A stretch of DNA of 64,000 bases from a virus (Duplodnaviria > Heunggongvirae > Uroviricota > Caudoviricetes), in the IMG/VR virus record IMGVR_UViG_3300028327_000833, positions 34,516-98,515 of that record, one strand, 5' to 3'. How positions within the stretch are numbered: position 1 is the stretch's first letter; the number at the start of each line of letters is the position of its first letter. A model generated the notes under the pieces. That model did no database searches and was not told where the DNA came from. It saw only the letters and a list, made by a program, of their open reading frames with translations. This document shows positions 37,489 to 46,618 of the stretch, in pieces. A program made the position numbers and the translations under genes.

Positions 37489-38400
37489 GTGTTTCATAGG
37501 GAAGCAGTGCCCGAGTACGGAATCTTGCTGATAATTGACGTTCAAAACGATTTTTGCGAAGGCGGAAGCATCGCCCGCAAAGGCGGACGGAAGATAGTGC
37601 CTATAATAAACGACCTGATGAAGCAGGATCGGATCCATTTGGTTGTCGCGACGCAGGACTGGCATCCGAAGAATCACATATCGTTCGCGAGCAGCCACAT
37701 GGACGGCGAACGCGTAGGGACTGAACCCTTACAGGGCGAGATCGCGCCGTTCAAGAGGGCGCTGGTGAGAAGCCCGAATACTGTGAGTTACGCGCCTGGG
37801 ACGGGCAAAGTCGATAAAATGCTGTGGCCCGACCACTGCGTAGCCGGAAGCATCGGGTCAGGGTTTTACTATCAGCAGAGCGGCGACTTATGGCTTGACT
37901 ATAAAAATATCGACCTGATTTACCGTAAAGGGACGGATTCCGAGTTGGACGCTTATGACGTTCTGTGGGACGAAATAGGACGTCCCAGTGCGTTACACTT
38001 TTTATTCGAGTCCATGATACGAAATATGGACAACGATTTGGCGTTCTACATCGTTGGAATCGCCACCGACGGTTGCGTGGCGTACACTGCCGACAGGTTG
38101 GTTCAACTCATCAGCAGCGTAAAAGAGCAGCACGAACCCAAAGTCTGTATGGAGCGCGGCTGTTTCGGAGATCCGAAGGCGTCCTTAGATAAAAAGGTAA
38201 CGGTAAAAGTCGTCTCCAACGCTTGTGTCGGGACGTCTGAAGAAGAGCACCAAAATGCGCTTGAGCGCTTGAAAACCACATCGATTGAAGTCGTCGAGCA
38301 CATCATACCATTTCCGCATAATTGCGGCAGAGCGGCAGAATTACGTAAAGACGGGCTTACTGAGGCTGAAATCACATACATAATTGAGGAGGGTAAGTAA
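37489..38400 (+). CDS. pncA: nicotinamidase PncA (paralogue 2, with C-terminal extension)
   Basis: LLIIDVQNDFCEGGSIA, VATQDWHPKNHISFAS, LWPDHCV, IVGIATDGCV align block by block to E. coli PncA; GTG start. Confidence 0.85.
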   Translation: MFHREAVPEYGILLIIDVQNDFCEGGSIARKGGRKIVPIINDLMKQDRIHLVVATQDWHPKNHISFASSHMDGERVGTEPLQGEIAPFKRALVRSPNTVSYAPGTGKVDKMLWPDHCVAGSIGSGFYYQQSGDLWLDYKNIDLIYRKGTDSELDAYDVLWDEIGRPSALHFLFESMIRNMDNDLAFYIVGIATDGCVAYTADRLVQLISSVKEQHEPKVCMERGCFGDPKASLDKKVTVKVVSNACVGTSEEEHQNALERLKTTSIEVVEHIIPFPHNCGRAAELRKDGLTEAEITYIIEEGK

Positions 38401-38444
38401 AGTGTCTGACTATTTCAAATTCAGCAGAGCAATGGAAGCGCGTA

Positions 38445-39296
38445 ATGCCTGAATACTATAAATTCATCTACGGCAAAGACATCCTGGAAGCCTTCTATGA
38501 CGAGGTCTTCGGGACGCATCCGTTGCGGTCAGAGGACGAGTACCGTCTCGTAGCGGCGTCGTCCAGAAACAAGGAGCTGACCAAGGAAGAGCGGGAACGC
38601 TACGGAATCAGCGACAAAGAGATGTACAAGACGGAGCCGATTTATCAGGGCGACTGGACGTCGTTCCATAGCGCGATTTGCAAATTCGAGTGCAACGTCA
38701 ACGGGTTTATGACGAAGCTGAAGCAGGTGCCCCTGCCTCAGAAGTCGCTGACGTTATATATGAACCTAAATCCTATTTCGATTAGGAAGTCGTTTTTGTA
38801 CAAGCATAAGCAGATGAGCGAGGTATTTGAGTTTGTCATTAATAATCAAAACGCGGTCGCGGTCGGCAGCAAAGACCAATGTACGAATCTGATGCGGAAG
38901 TGTCTTAAGTTACCGAACGCGGTGGCTATGGAGTGTCTGGCTCGGCGAGATTGGATCGACTACGACATCGACTTCGAGGACGCCGACAACGCGCCCTGCG
39001 TCGCCAAAGAAAAGATCAAATCTGCGCTGAAAGACGTGATGTCGAAGGGGCGGTATATCATAGTCCGTTCTAAGGGCGGGTTACATTTGCTGATTCCGAC
39101 CGATTTATTTGACCACAAAACGAATCCGACGACGATTAAGGCGGCGTTGATAAACTCTATTGCCGGATACGGGTGCAAGGAGATCGGCGAGGTTAAAGGC
39201 GGGGTGCCGTTGCCTGGGTGCTTGCAACGCGAGTTCCCCGTAACGTTCGAGACAGTCAGCTGGGACGGGACGTCAGAAATAGGGTACAAACCTTAG
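38445..39296 (+). CDS. hypothetical protein (283 aa)
   Basis: ORF. Confidence 0.4.
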   Translation: MPEYYKFIYGKDILEAFYDEVFGTHPLRSEDEYRLVAASSRNKELTKEERERYGISDKEMYKTEPIYQGDWTSFHSAICKFECNVNGFMTKLKQVPLPQKSLTLYMNLNPISIRKSFLYKHKQMSEVFEFVINNQNAVAVGSKDQCTNLMRKCLKLPNAVAMECLARRDWIDYDIDFEDADNAPCVAKEKIKSALKDVMSKGRYIIVRSKGGLHLLIPTDLFDHKTNPTTIKAALINSIAGYGCKEIGEVKGGVPLPGCLQREFPVTFETVSWDGTSEIGYKP

Positions 39297-39317
39297 CAAG
39301 GTCGATGGGCGGTCGTT

Positions 39318-39518
39318 ATGGCGAAGAGACGCGTGAAGAAGATCAGGAAGAAAGAAGCGGTAAGGAAATTTCGTCAGATGCAGAATTATATAGCTAAGAG
39401 ATATGGGCATATTCTCACCGAGGAGTGCATAAGCGCGGCTGATTTCGGAATAGAGGCTTATCACATCGCATTTTTGATAGAGCCTTATCTTGCAATGCAA
39501 AAGGAGAGCGAATCTTGA
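39318..39518 (+). CDS. small basic protein
   Basis: ORF. Confidence 0.3.
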   Translation: MAKRRVKKIRKKEAVRKFRQMQNYIAKRYGHILTEECISAADFGIEAYHIAFLIEPYLAMQKESES

Positions 39519-39841
39519 ATAGTAATATTCTTATGCCGAAAAACTGTAACGGCGCCGTTTTCAGTGCGCGTAGAGACATAGATACTGCGTGCGATGTTTT
39601 GCTAGAAAAAATCGCGCGGATTTCTAAGACAAAGAGGAAGCGGGTAACTAAGAGGATTGCGCGAAAGAGGTATAACCGCGCCAAACGCGAGTATGAAGAC
39701 GATTGCGCCAATCCGTTAAACATAGGTACAGGCAGGTCGCGATCGGCCGTACTGCGTTTGCTGAAGTTTATGCTATATATTGGAACCTATTGCCATAGCA
39801 AACGACCGTTTCTCAGGACGTCGCATGCCGGTCGCGTATGA
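39515..39841 (+). CDS. small basic protein (KR-rich)
   Basis: ORF. Confidence 0.3.
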   Translation: MNSNILMPKNCNGAVFSARRDIDTACDVLLEKIARISKTKRKRVTKRIARKRYNRAKREYEDDCANPLNIGTGRSRSAVLRLLKFMLYIGTYCHSKRPFLRTSHAGRV

Positions 39842-40008
39842 TGAAGGTCGCGCCGAAGCCGTCTTCGGCGAATTCTGGGCGAACGTGGCGAAGACTCGCC
39901 GTGATCCTCCGCGCGCGGAGACTTCCTCACGGGACTCTGAAACCGCGAAAAAGGACACGTTGCTGGAGATTCTGTCGCAATTATTAATATTAGACACGGG
40001 AGGCGAAG

Positions 40009-40242
40009 ATGATTGCTTGCAGTCCGAATGAGACCGTTATAATTAGCAATGGTAAGGCAGAAGTCGTAGATTTTCGCGTAAATTTTCGCGAGCGCATGAC
40101 CGCTTATAGAGAATTGGACGACACGCCGGAGGAGCGATGGCGTAATCATTGCGTTATCAAGGCTGAAGTGGCGCGCGACCTCGCGCAACGTGAACTTGAA
40201 CGTTGCGAAAAAGAACTAAATGAATTGCGAGGAATAACGTGA
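40009..40242 (+). CDS. hypothetical protein (77 aa)
   Basis: ORF. Confidence 0.35.
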   Translation: MIACSPNETVIISNGKAEVVDFRVNFRERMTAYRELDDTPEERWRNHCVIKAEVARDLAQRELERCEKELNELRGIT

Positions 40243-40354
40243 GCGAGCGGAACCTTTACGACGAATATGAAGCATTTTCGGACAGTACCGAAAACGAAGC
40301 CCTTGGCACGTTGCCAAAAATCACGGCGGATATGATCCCGAAAGGAGTAATGAT

Positions 40355-41575
40355 ATGTTAGGGTTAGATCGAATTGAAGTCAAAAAAGTGTTTATCAGCC
40401 AGCCGATGAGACGCAAGTCCGAAGCCGAGATCAAGGCTGTTCGCGAGGAAATCGTCAAATTTCTCGGCAAGAAGTTCGGGACGCAGGGTTTTACCGTCAT
40501 AGACTCATACCATCCTGAGTGGGCCGAAGAACTCAAAGCGGGCTCCGACAAGCGCGTCTTCTTCCTCGGCAAAAGCATTCAGATGCTGGCCGACGCCGAC
40601 TATGCGTTTTTCGCAGACGGCTGGAGCGAATTTGACGGGTGCTTAATTGAACATGACGTGTGCAGACTGTACAAAATTCCTAACAATATCTACCGGATTC
40701 GCGAGGATTCCGCGCGGAACTCCGCCGAAATTGACGGGGAATCGGCGGCTTCCGAAACGCCGTGCGGCGGGGCGTCCGCCGAAGACCGTGCCGACGGCGG
40801 CGAAACCGCGCGGAACGGCATTTTCACCGACACGGTGAAAATAATTCTGCAAGGCGCTAGGGACGCGGCGGTGAGGCTCGGCAACGATTATGTCGGCACG
40901 GAACACTTGCTGTTCAGTATACTCAAGCACGGCGGCAACTCCGCCGCGGAGATTTTGCAGAATCTAGACATAGAACTTAGCGCCTTGATCGATCTCGTCG
41001 TGCGCGACATACTCAGTGTCGGCCAGTCAGGGACGGAGCAGAGGTTGCCGTTTACGCCGAGATTGAAAAGGGTTTTGGAAAACGCCGCAAGGCAGGCGAG
41101 AGAGGTATCCGACAGGCACATAAGCACGCAATATCTGCTTCTCGCGCTGCTGAAAGATTCTGAGTCCCCTGCGGCTCAGTTGCTTATCAGAATGGGAGTC
41201 GATTATGTCAGCGTATTGAACGAAATCCGCCGGATTCGCGAGGATTCCGCGCGGAACTCCGCCGAAATTGACGGGGAATCGGCGGCTTCCGAAACGCCGT
41301 GCGGCGGGGCGTCCGCCGCAAACACGGCATCCGACGGCAGTACGCGGAGTGAAGAACCGATATATAAAATTCTCCGCTCTTATAACATTAACCATGAGTT
41401 AGAGCTATTCAAGCTGGCGGTTGATATAACTAACAGCACTACGGACTACCTGACAGACTACTTATGCGGTGATAAACCGTGGGAAGACCGCAATAAACTT
41501 GAAGCGAACATCATGGCGGCATACAGCCTGCTCCGCGAAACATGGGAGCGGATTAAGCAGGAGCGCGGAATATGA
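40355..41575 (+). CDS. protein with Clp N-terminal (Clp_N) repeat domain flanked by an 88-bp perfect direct repeat
   Basis: Clp_N repeats GTEHLLFSILKHGGNSAAEILQNL and STQYLLLALLKDSESPAAQLL. Confidence 0.5.
   Translation: MLGLDRIEVKKVFISQPMRRKSEAEIKAVREEIVKFLGKKFGTQGFTVIDSYHPEWAEELKAGSDKRVFFLGKSIQMLADADYAFFADGWSEFDGCLIEHDVCRLYKIPNNIYRIREDSARNSAEIDGESAASETPCGGASAEDRADGGETARNGIFTDTVKIILQGARDAAVRLGNDYVGTEHLLFSILKHGGNSAAEILQNLDIELSALIDLVVRDILSVGQSGTEQRLPFTPRLKRVLENAARQAREVSDRHISTQYLLLALLKDSESPAAQLLIRMGVDYVSVLNEIRRIREDSARNSAEIDGESAASETPCGGASAANTASDGSTRSEEPIYKILRSYNINHELELFKLAVDITNSTTDYLTDYLCGDKPWEDRNKLEANIMAAYSLLRETWERIKQERGI
40693..40780 (+). repeat. 88-bp direct repeat, copy 1 (identical to 41230-41317)
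   Basis: CCGGATTCGCGAGGATTCCGCGCGGAACTCCGCCGAAATTGACGGGGAATCGGCGGCTTCCGAAACGCCGTGCGGCGGGGCGTCCGCC. Confidence 0.85.
41230..41317 (+). repeat. 88-bp direct repeat, copy 2
   Basis: identical to 40693-40780; encodes RIREDSARNSAEIDGESAASETPCGGASA twice in one ORF. Confidence 0.85.
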
Positions 41576-42009
41576 GCGAAGAGGTAATAGCGGTTAAACA
41601 ACAGATCACCGAACTTAAGACAGTTAAATTCGACAGGCCTTTCGGCGGGATACCTGATCCGTTCAGATACTGGAGCAACCTTGAAGAGGGCGAGGCGTTA
41701 GATTTGCTCCCGCTCTTTGAAATAGCGGTTCGCGAGCGTAAATTGACCGAATCCGACGATATTGAAGCCGCAGAAAAAATGCTGCGGGATTTGCAAAGCG
41801 GCGAAGCGGTCGGTCAAATATATTTTCGCGGAGATGACGAGAAGGGCGGGAAGACACTAGATACGCTTATCGCGAAAATCAAGGCGACCCTGACGGAAGC
41901 CGAACAAAATGCGGTTAAGAAGCATTGTCAGGAACGGCCAATGACGGCGGCGGAGCGAGGGATAACGGACGGTTACATTAAACTTGCCGAGGCAATCAGA
42001 AATGACTGA
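41572..42009 (+). CDS. hypothetical protein (145 aa)
   Basis: ATGA overlap with upstream gene. Confidence 0.4.
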   Translation: MSEEVIAVKQQITELKTVKFDRPFGGIPDPFRYWSNLEEGEALDLLPLFEIAVRERKLTESDDIEAAEKMLRDLQSGEAVGQIYFRGDDEKGGKTLDTLIAKIKATLTEAEQNAVKKHCQERPMTAAERGITDGYIKLAEAIRND

Positions 42010-42356
42010 AATACCTAAGATAGACATGACTCTCACAGAGACACCTGTAGAAGCTGACGTCCGCGAGCTCCCATACGCCCGTCCGTTAAACTTACGCTAT
42101 TAATTTTGAAAAATCGGCGCGAAACGGTTATCTTTAGTAAGCAGGTTAGCAAGACCGCGTCACGAACCGTACGACTGATGGAGTGCTGTATGTGGGATGA
42201 AAAAGTAGTCGAGGCGTACTATAAGCCCGTCTTTAAAAGGCCTTGCATATTGTCGCGGTTGCGGCAGACTTTAAGACTCGCATATAAGCGGCTTTTGTCG
42301 CGGGACTTTCCGCTATTCGGGTACAGAATCTGGAAACCGTAGCTAAAAAGACATAC

Positions 42357-42428
42357 CGCGGGGTACAGTAGGAGTTACTGACGAGGCCCATAACCTCGGA
42401 CACGCAGGTGCAAATCCTGCCCCCGCTA
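42357..42428 (+). tRNA. tRNA-Met/Ile2 (anticodon CAT); position 1-72 is a C-U mismatch
   Basis: hand-folded cloverleaf: D stem CAGT/ACTG, anticodon stem CGAGG/CCTCG, loop CCCATAA, T arm GCAGG-TGCAAAT-CCTGC, acceptor CGCGGGG/CCCCGCT. Confidence 0.55.
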
Positions 42429-42435
42429 ATTACAT

Positions 42436-42510
42436 ATCGGCGCGGCTCAATAGGTTTAGAGCGCTACCTTGCCGAGGTAGATGTTGCGGGTTCGAGACCC
42501 GCTATCGGTT
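42436..42510 (+). tRNA. tRNA-Gly(GCC)-like with weak acceptor stem (3 G-U pairs, 1 mismatch)
   Basis: D arm GCTC-AATAGGTTTA-GAGC, anticodon arm CTACC-TTGCCGA-GGTAG, T arm GCGGG-TTCGAGA-CCCGC. Confidence 0.4.
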
Positions 42511-42530
42511 CCGCGATAAAGGAGGACGCT

Positions 42531-42761
42531 ATGAAAGACAAAGGAAATTGGGACTACGACCATCGGGAAGAATTCAGGACGAAAGGCCACGTCCCGTACT
42601 CTATGCTCGACAGAAGCCATACGAGCAGTTCCAAGTGGGCGCAGGATAGGCGTCAGCATAGTTCGTCCGAAGCCCGCAGACGATATAAGTCGTCTGCGAA
42701 CAAGCATACGCGGCAGTATCTAAACAAGCGAATGGAAGAGGCGATTCAAGATGATAATTAA
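42531..42761 (+). CDS. hypothetical protein (76 aa)
   Basis: AAAGGAGG RBS; the longer track ORF overlaps the tRNAs. Confidence 0.35.
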   Translation: MKDKGNWDYDHREEFRTKGHVPYSMLDRSHTSSSKWAQDRRQHSSSEARRRYKSSANKHTRQYLNKRMEEAIQDDN

Positions 42762-43215
42762 AGCCGAGATAAACGTTCCCGATAAAATCAAGGGCAAGTG
42801 TTATAATAACGACGACCACCCGGAAAGACCGAGCGAACATTGCGACTGGCTTGAAACATGTTTAGACGGAGGAAACTTTTGCATAGTTTTTGAGCAGGAC
42901 GTGAACGCCGCTATGGATAAATGCGAGAAGTGCGAAACGCAATGCAGATCGCAGGAGGCCGCGGCATCCGACGAATTCGCCTTGGACGCTCTCGGAAACC
43001 ATGTGAGGGTCGGCGACTACGTCATACATCAGTGGCGGCTAAGGAAATCAAAGTGGTACCACGGCAAAACCCTAATGTTGCAGTCGAAAGTGGCGGAGGT
43101 GTACCCTGACCGGCGGCGAATACGTGTCGCGGCGTACCAATCGCTAATAGCGTGGGACAGAGAGAACAGCCCCGACACTATGGTTATCAGGCATTTCGTT
43201 CTTTTAAAGAAATGA
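42751..43215 (+). CDS. hypothetical Cys-rich protein (154 aa)
   Basis: ORF. Confidence 0.4.
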   Translation: MIIKAEINVPDKIKGKCYNNDDHPERPSEHCDWLETCLDGGNFCIVFEQDVNAAMDKCEKCETQCRSQEAAASDEFALDALGNHVRVGDYVIHQWRLRKSKWYHGKTLMLQSKVAEVYPDRRRIRVAAYQSLIAWDRENSPDTMVIRHFVLLKK

Positions 43216-43220
43216 TTTTT

Positions 43221-43302
43221 GGCGGGGTAGACTAACGGCAAGTCAGCGGCCTCGAATGCCGCCGGCCTCACGGCCTTCTGGGTTCAAATCCTAGTCCCGC
43301 CG
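43221..43302 (+). tRNA. tRNA-Ser (anticodon CGA), long variable arm
   Basis: acceptor GGCGGGG/TCCCGCC, anticodon arm GCGGC-CTCGAAT-GCCGC, variable hairpin GGCC-TCAC-GGCC, T arm CTGGG-TTCAAAT-CCTAG. Confidence 0.6.
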
Positions 43303-43308
43303 AGTTTA

Positions 43309-43395
43309 GGAGGAGCGCGTTGACTGTAAGCAACCTGCTTTGAAAGTAGGCGATGCCTTGAAATAGGCGTCGGGAGTTCAAATCTCTCCTCCGTT
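43309..43395 (+). tRNA. tRNA-like (anticodon arm CCTGC-TTTGAAA-GTAGG = UGA, long variable arm, T arm GGGAG-TTCAAAT-CTCTC); acceptor pairing not resolved by eye
   Basis: partial cloverleaf only. Confidence 0.3.
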
Positions 43396-43405
43396 ATCAG
43401 GCATA

Positions 43406-43441
43406 AATATTTTTCGGTGTCGAAAGGCGTACTGTAGTAGG
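43406..43441 (+). promoter_or_regulatory. conserved intergenic motif copy 7, followed by nested hairpins 43441-43495
   Basis: core at 43427-43440. Confidence 0.55.
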
Positions 43442-43511
43442 ACACGCGCCCGTAACTCAGTCGGGAGACTTCCGCCCTTTCGGAGCGCGTCTAACCATCT
43501 GGGAGGCTGTC

Positions 43512-43850
43512 ATGGATGTTGCAGGAACTCTTTCGGTTCAGTCGGCGATAGCCGCCGTTTTGATGATAGCCGCGCTCGCGATGCTTTCGGCGGTGACGGT
43601 TCTCGACCTCTACGTGTGCAGCGGAATGCGCGACTTCCTGCATGACGCGCGGGAATACCTGTCAGCCGCCACCGGAGCGTGGAAAAGAGCCCTAGAGCTA
43701 AGAGCGGACATAGAGGTGAAACTGATGGGATTCGCCGACGGCTCCGCCGAAACGCCGCCGCGCGTCTCCGGCGCGGCAACGGAAGACGCCGAAATTTGCG
43801 GCGAAAATACGGCGAAGCCTTCGGCGGACGGCGCAGGCCGAGCCGGTTAG
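43512..43850 (+). CDS. hypothetical protein (112 aa), N-terminal hydrophobic
   Basis: ORF. Confidence 0.35.
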   Translation: MDVAGTLSVQSAIAAVLMIAALAMLSAVTVLDLYVCSGMRDFLHDAREYLSAATGAWKRALELRADIEVKLMGFADGSAETPPRVSGAATEDAEICGENTAKPSADGAGRAG

Positions 43851-43990
43851 AGGCCGCGAAGGATTCGGTAATCAAAGGAGGCTATATGCGTAAGGCGATG
43901 CTATGGGCGGTCAACGCGGTTATCCGAAAACTATATGCCGTTCAGCGTCTTCTGTGGTTCTCGCTGTACGGACGGAAGAACTGAGGAGGG

Positions 43991-44455
43991 TTGAAAATGC
44001 GCGACATATTGTCGCAAGACGAAATCGACGCGTTGCTTAACGGGTTGGGCTGTCAGGACGTTATTTTTTCCAAACCTAACGATTGGAGGGACTGTATGGG
44101 GTACGGACGCGATACAACCAACTGTTCGGAGTGCGCCGTAAATATCAACGGGATGTGTCACAGCGGTTATACCCGCAAAACCGTCATCGACGAGATTAAG
44201 CGCGGATGGAAACAGCTGGACGAGCACATTCCTGAAAATTTGAAGACCACGAAGTACGAAAAAATGATCCATTACTTTTTGGAAGTGATGGATTCCGTCG
44301 CTAAGAACGGCGTTCCGTTGCCGAAGTGCACTTTCAACAATTCGTGCTTTACGGCAAAACCGGATGCCTGCGGGGAGGGGCGCAAATCGGAGACGGATTG
44401 CGAAGACGGCCCCGGAGATATGTTGACCGCCCTATTCGGGGACGACGGTGATTAA
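43991..44455 (+). CDS. hypothetical Cys-rich protein (154 aa)
   Basis: ORF with GGAGGG RBS. Confidence 0.4.
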   Translation: MKMRDILSQDEIDALLNGLGCQDVIFSKPNDWRDCMGYGRDTTNCSECAVNINGMCHSGYTRKTVIDEIKRGWKQLDEHIPENLKTTKYEKMIHYFLEVMDSVAKNGVPLPKCTFNNSCFTAKPDACGEGRKSETDCEDGPGDMLTALFGDDGD

Positions 44456-44501
44456 GGAGACGAATCTTGCCCCGAATGCTTAACTGGTTTAGGAGGTTAA
44501 T

Positions 44502-45377
44502 TTGAGCAATGTACTGTCACAAGAGGAAGTAACCGCGCTGCTGAACGCTAAAGCCGACGGCAAACTCGCCGATTCTGCGGACAAGCCGAAGTACGACAGC
44601 AACGACAGCCCGATCGCGAGCTATATGACTTGCGGGCATATCGATAAGCTGTATGCGGAAGGAATCGCTGACGATAGGCGTTCCGAGCGCTATTCTAAAA
44701 AGCAGATAAGATTGTTTACAGAGTTGTTTGAAGACGTTGTCGAGAAGGTTTCAGGCGACTGTTCGGAGCACCTGAAAAAGAAATGCGAGCTGGAACTTGT
44801 ATCTGTAGACGAGCTTACGACAAGCGAGTATATCTGTTCAATGTCGAATCCGTGCTACGTGAAACTGTTCAAATTGCCGAAAGCCGCGGATCGCGGGATC
44901 TTTGAAATGTCGCCGCATTATTTAAAGATGTTCGGCGCTCCTGACGACGCGAAAGACATCGACTGGAAGCCGCAGCCTCCGACCGTAGAGGAAAAACGAA
45001 TCGGCGAATATTTCGGCAAATGTCTTTTTACGAGAATTGCCGAGGCGTTTAATACCGTGTCGAGAATAAAGTTCGAGTATGCCGACAAATACACCGTCAC
45101 ATCGCCGCTACGGATTGACGCCGAGTCAGTGACGCCTAACGTGTTATTAGTCTGCATAGAGGCGAGAATGTCTTACGGAAGCGGATTGGTGTCGCTCGCG
45201 TTTCCACAATCGTATGTGAATTTTTTACTGCTGACGCAGAATCTTAAAAAGACGTCGGACTGCGTTAGGGACAATTTCAACAAAAACTGCATGTGCTGTA
45301 AACTGTTGCAGGATTATCTGAGAAATAACTTCGAGGATTTAAGAAAGATAGAGAAGGAATATTACTACGAGTCATAG
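44502..45377 (+). CDS. hypothetical protein (291 aa), TTG start
   Basis: AGGAGG RBS before TTG. Confidence 0.4.
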   Translation: MSNVLSQEEVTALLNAKADGKLADSADKPKYDSNDSPIASYMTCGHIDKLYAEGIADDRRSERYSKKQIRLFTELFEDVVEKVSGDCSEHLKKKCELELVSVDELTTSEYICSMSNPCYVKLFKLPKAADRGIFEMSPHYLKMFGAPDDAKDIDWKPQPPTVEEKRIGEYFGKCLFTRIAEAFNTVSRIKFEYADKYTVTSPLRIDAESVTPNVLLVCIEARMSYGSGLVSLAFPQSYVNFLLLTQNLKKTSDCVRDNFNKNCMCCKLLQDYLRNNFEDLRKIEKEYYYES

Positions 45378-45447
45378 CCCTGTTAAGCAAATCGACTTGA
45401 TTTTTCAGACTGCGAAATGAAAAAAAAAACGGAAAGAGATATATCTT

Positions 45448-45867
45448 ATGACGGCTTATCAAAAAACATATTTTTGGCGGCATGACAATCCCGTGTGGAC
45501 AGAATGTTATGCTCACGGAGATATACCGACCACAGCCGAGATTTATAACTGGGAGCCGGTAGGGCCTAAAACCGTCGGTCTTAACGGAAAAGAATATTAC
45601 GTCGAAAGCAGTTTTCCGGGATATTTGTACTCTCCGCCGGTAAATTCGCTGGTAAATTTTTATTTTAATCCGTCAAATAGAACAATAGCTCTGAACTGGT
45701 CGTTTTCTTACGGCATCGTTCAGAAGTCTGTCGAATTCAAAGCCGTAGACAAAACGCGGCTTCCGTCGGGCTGTCCCGAATTCAGCGAGGACTCGCTGTA
45801 TTTTATAATCTCTGATAAAGGCGGTTTAAGCGTAATAGCGGTGCAACTCTGTTCGCCTGACGAGTAG
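45448..45867 (+). CDS. hypothetical protein (139 aa)
   Basis: ORF. Confidence 0.4.
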   Translation: MTAYQKTYFWRHDNPVWTECYAHGDIPTTAEIYNWEPVGPKTVGLNGKEYYVESSFPGYLYSPPVNSLVNFYFNPSNRTIALNWSFSYGIVQKSVEFKAVDKTRLPSGCPEFSEDSLYFIISDKGGLSVIAVQLCSPDE

Positions 45868-45946
45868 GCGCCGGACTACGGACGTGGTGATTAAGGGTTC
45901 GAGTCCTTTATGAAGTGTTTAAACTTAAACTTAAAGGAGGCGTAAC

Positions 45947-46189
45947 ATGTCGGATTATGTAGCGGTGCTTGCCATTGTTGTGGCGATAATCAGTCTCGTT
46001 CTCGCGATTTATGCCGATAAAAAGTCGAGGTCGGCTTTAGCGCACGTGATTTGGCTGTCGAAAGAATACGGCAAGCTGATTAAACTCGGAAAAGAAACCT
46101 TAGAGATTGTCGAATCCAAACCGGTTGTGACGTTGCATACGATTCACGAGGTTCCGGCTGAGAAGAAGGATGCGCTTGAAGCGGATTGA
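45947..46189 (+). CDS. small membrane protein (80 aa)
   Basis: N-terminal TM helix; AAGGAGG RBS. Confidence 0.4.
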   Translation: MSDYVAVLAIVVAIISLVLAIYADKKSRSALAHVIWLSKEYGKLIKLGKETLEIVESKPVVTLHTIHEVPAEKKDALEAD

Positions 46190-46217
46190 TACAGCGCCTC
46201 GTCAGTCTAATTGATTT

Positions 46218-46294
46218 AGGGCGGCCGCCTAACGGCTGTGGCGTCGGTCTCCAAAACCACTTTTCGCGGGTTCGACTCCTGCCCGCCCTGTTAA
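46218..46294 (+). ncRNA. tRNA-like RNA: acceptor AGGGCGG/CCGCCCT, D arm, T arm GCGGG-TTCGACT-CCTGC, but no foldable canonical anticodon arm
   Basis: all 5+7+5 anticodon-arm registers in the 46239-46265 segment fail. Confidence 0.35.
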
Positions 46295-46307
46295 AGAAAG
46301 GCGTAGC

Positions 46308-46604
46308 ATGGTACAGTTAAAACAAAATTTCGAGGCGTACCGTGCGCATATTACGGCGAGCGTCGCGCAAAACCGCGTCCATCCGAACGTGCCGTACGCT
46401 ACGTTCGAGTCTTGGATTACAAGCATTCTGACGAATGTCGGCGCGATGATTGACGCGGCATCCGCGCGGAATGCGCCGTCATACTCTGCGCCGCCGTCCG
46501 TGCCGCCGAAGCTGTACGAGACGATTTGCGACACGCCGCAGAACACGGCGATATTTGAGATGCAGTCTGCAACAGTGCTGCCTCAAACGAATATTTTCTA
46601 TTAA
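46308..46604 (+). CDS. hypothetical protein (98 aa)
   Basis: ORF. Confidence 0.35.
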   Translation: MVQLKQNFEAYRAHITASVAQNRVHPNVPYATFESWITSILTNVGAMIDAASARNAPSYSAPPSVPPKLYETICDTPQNTAIFEMQSATVLPQTNIFY

Positions 46605-46618
46605 AATAGGAGGCGTTA

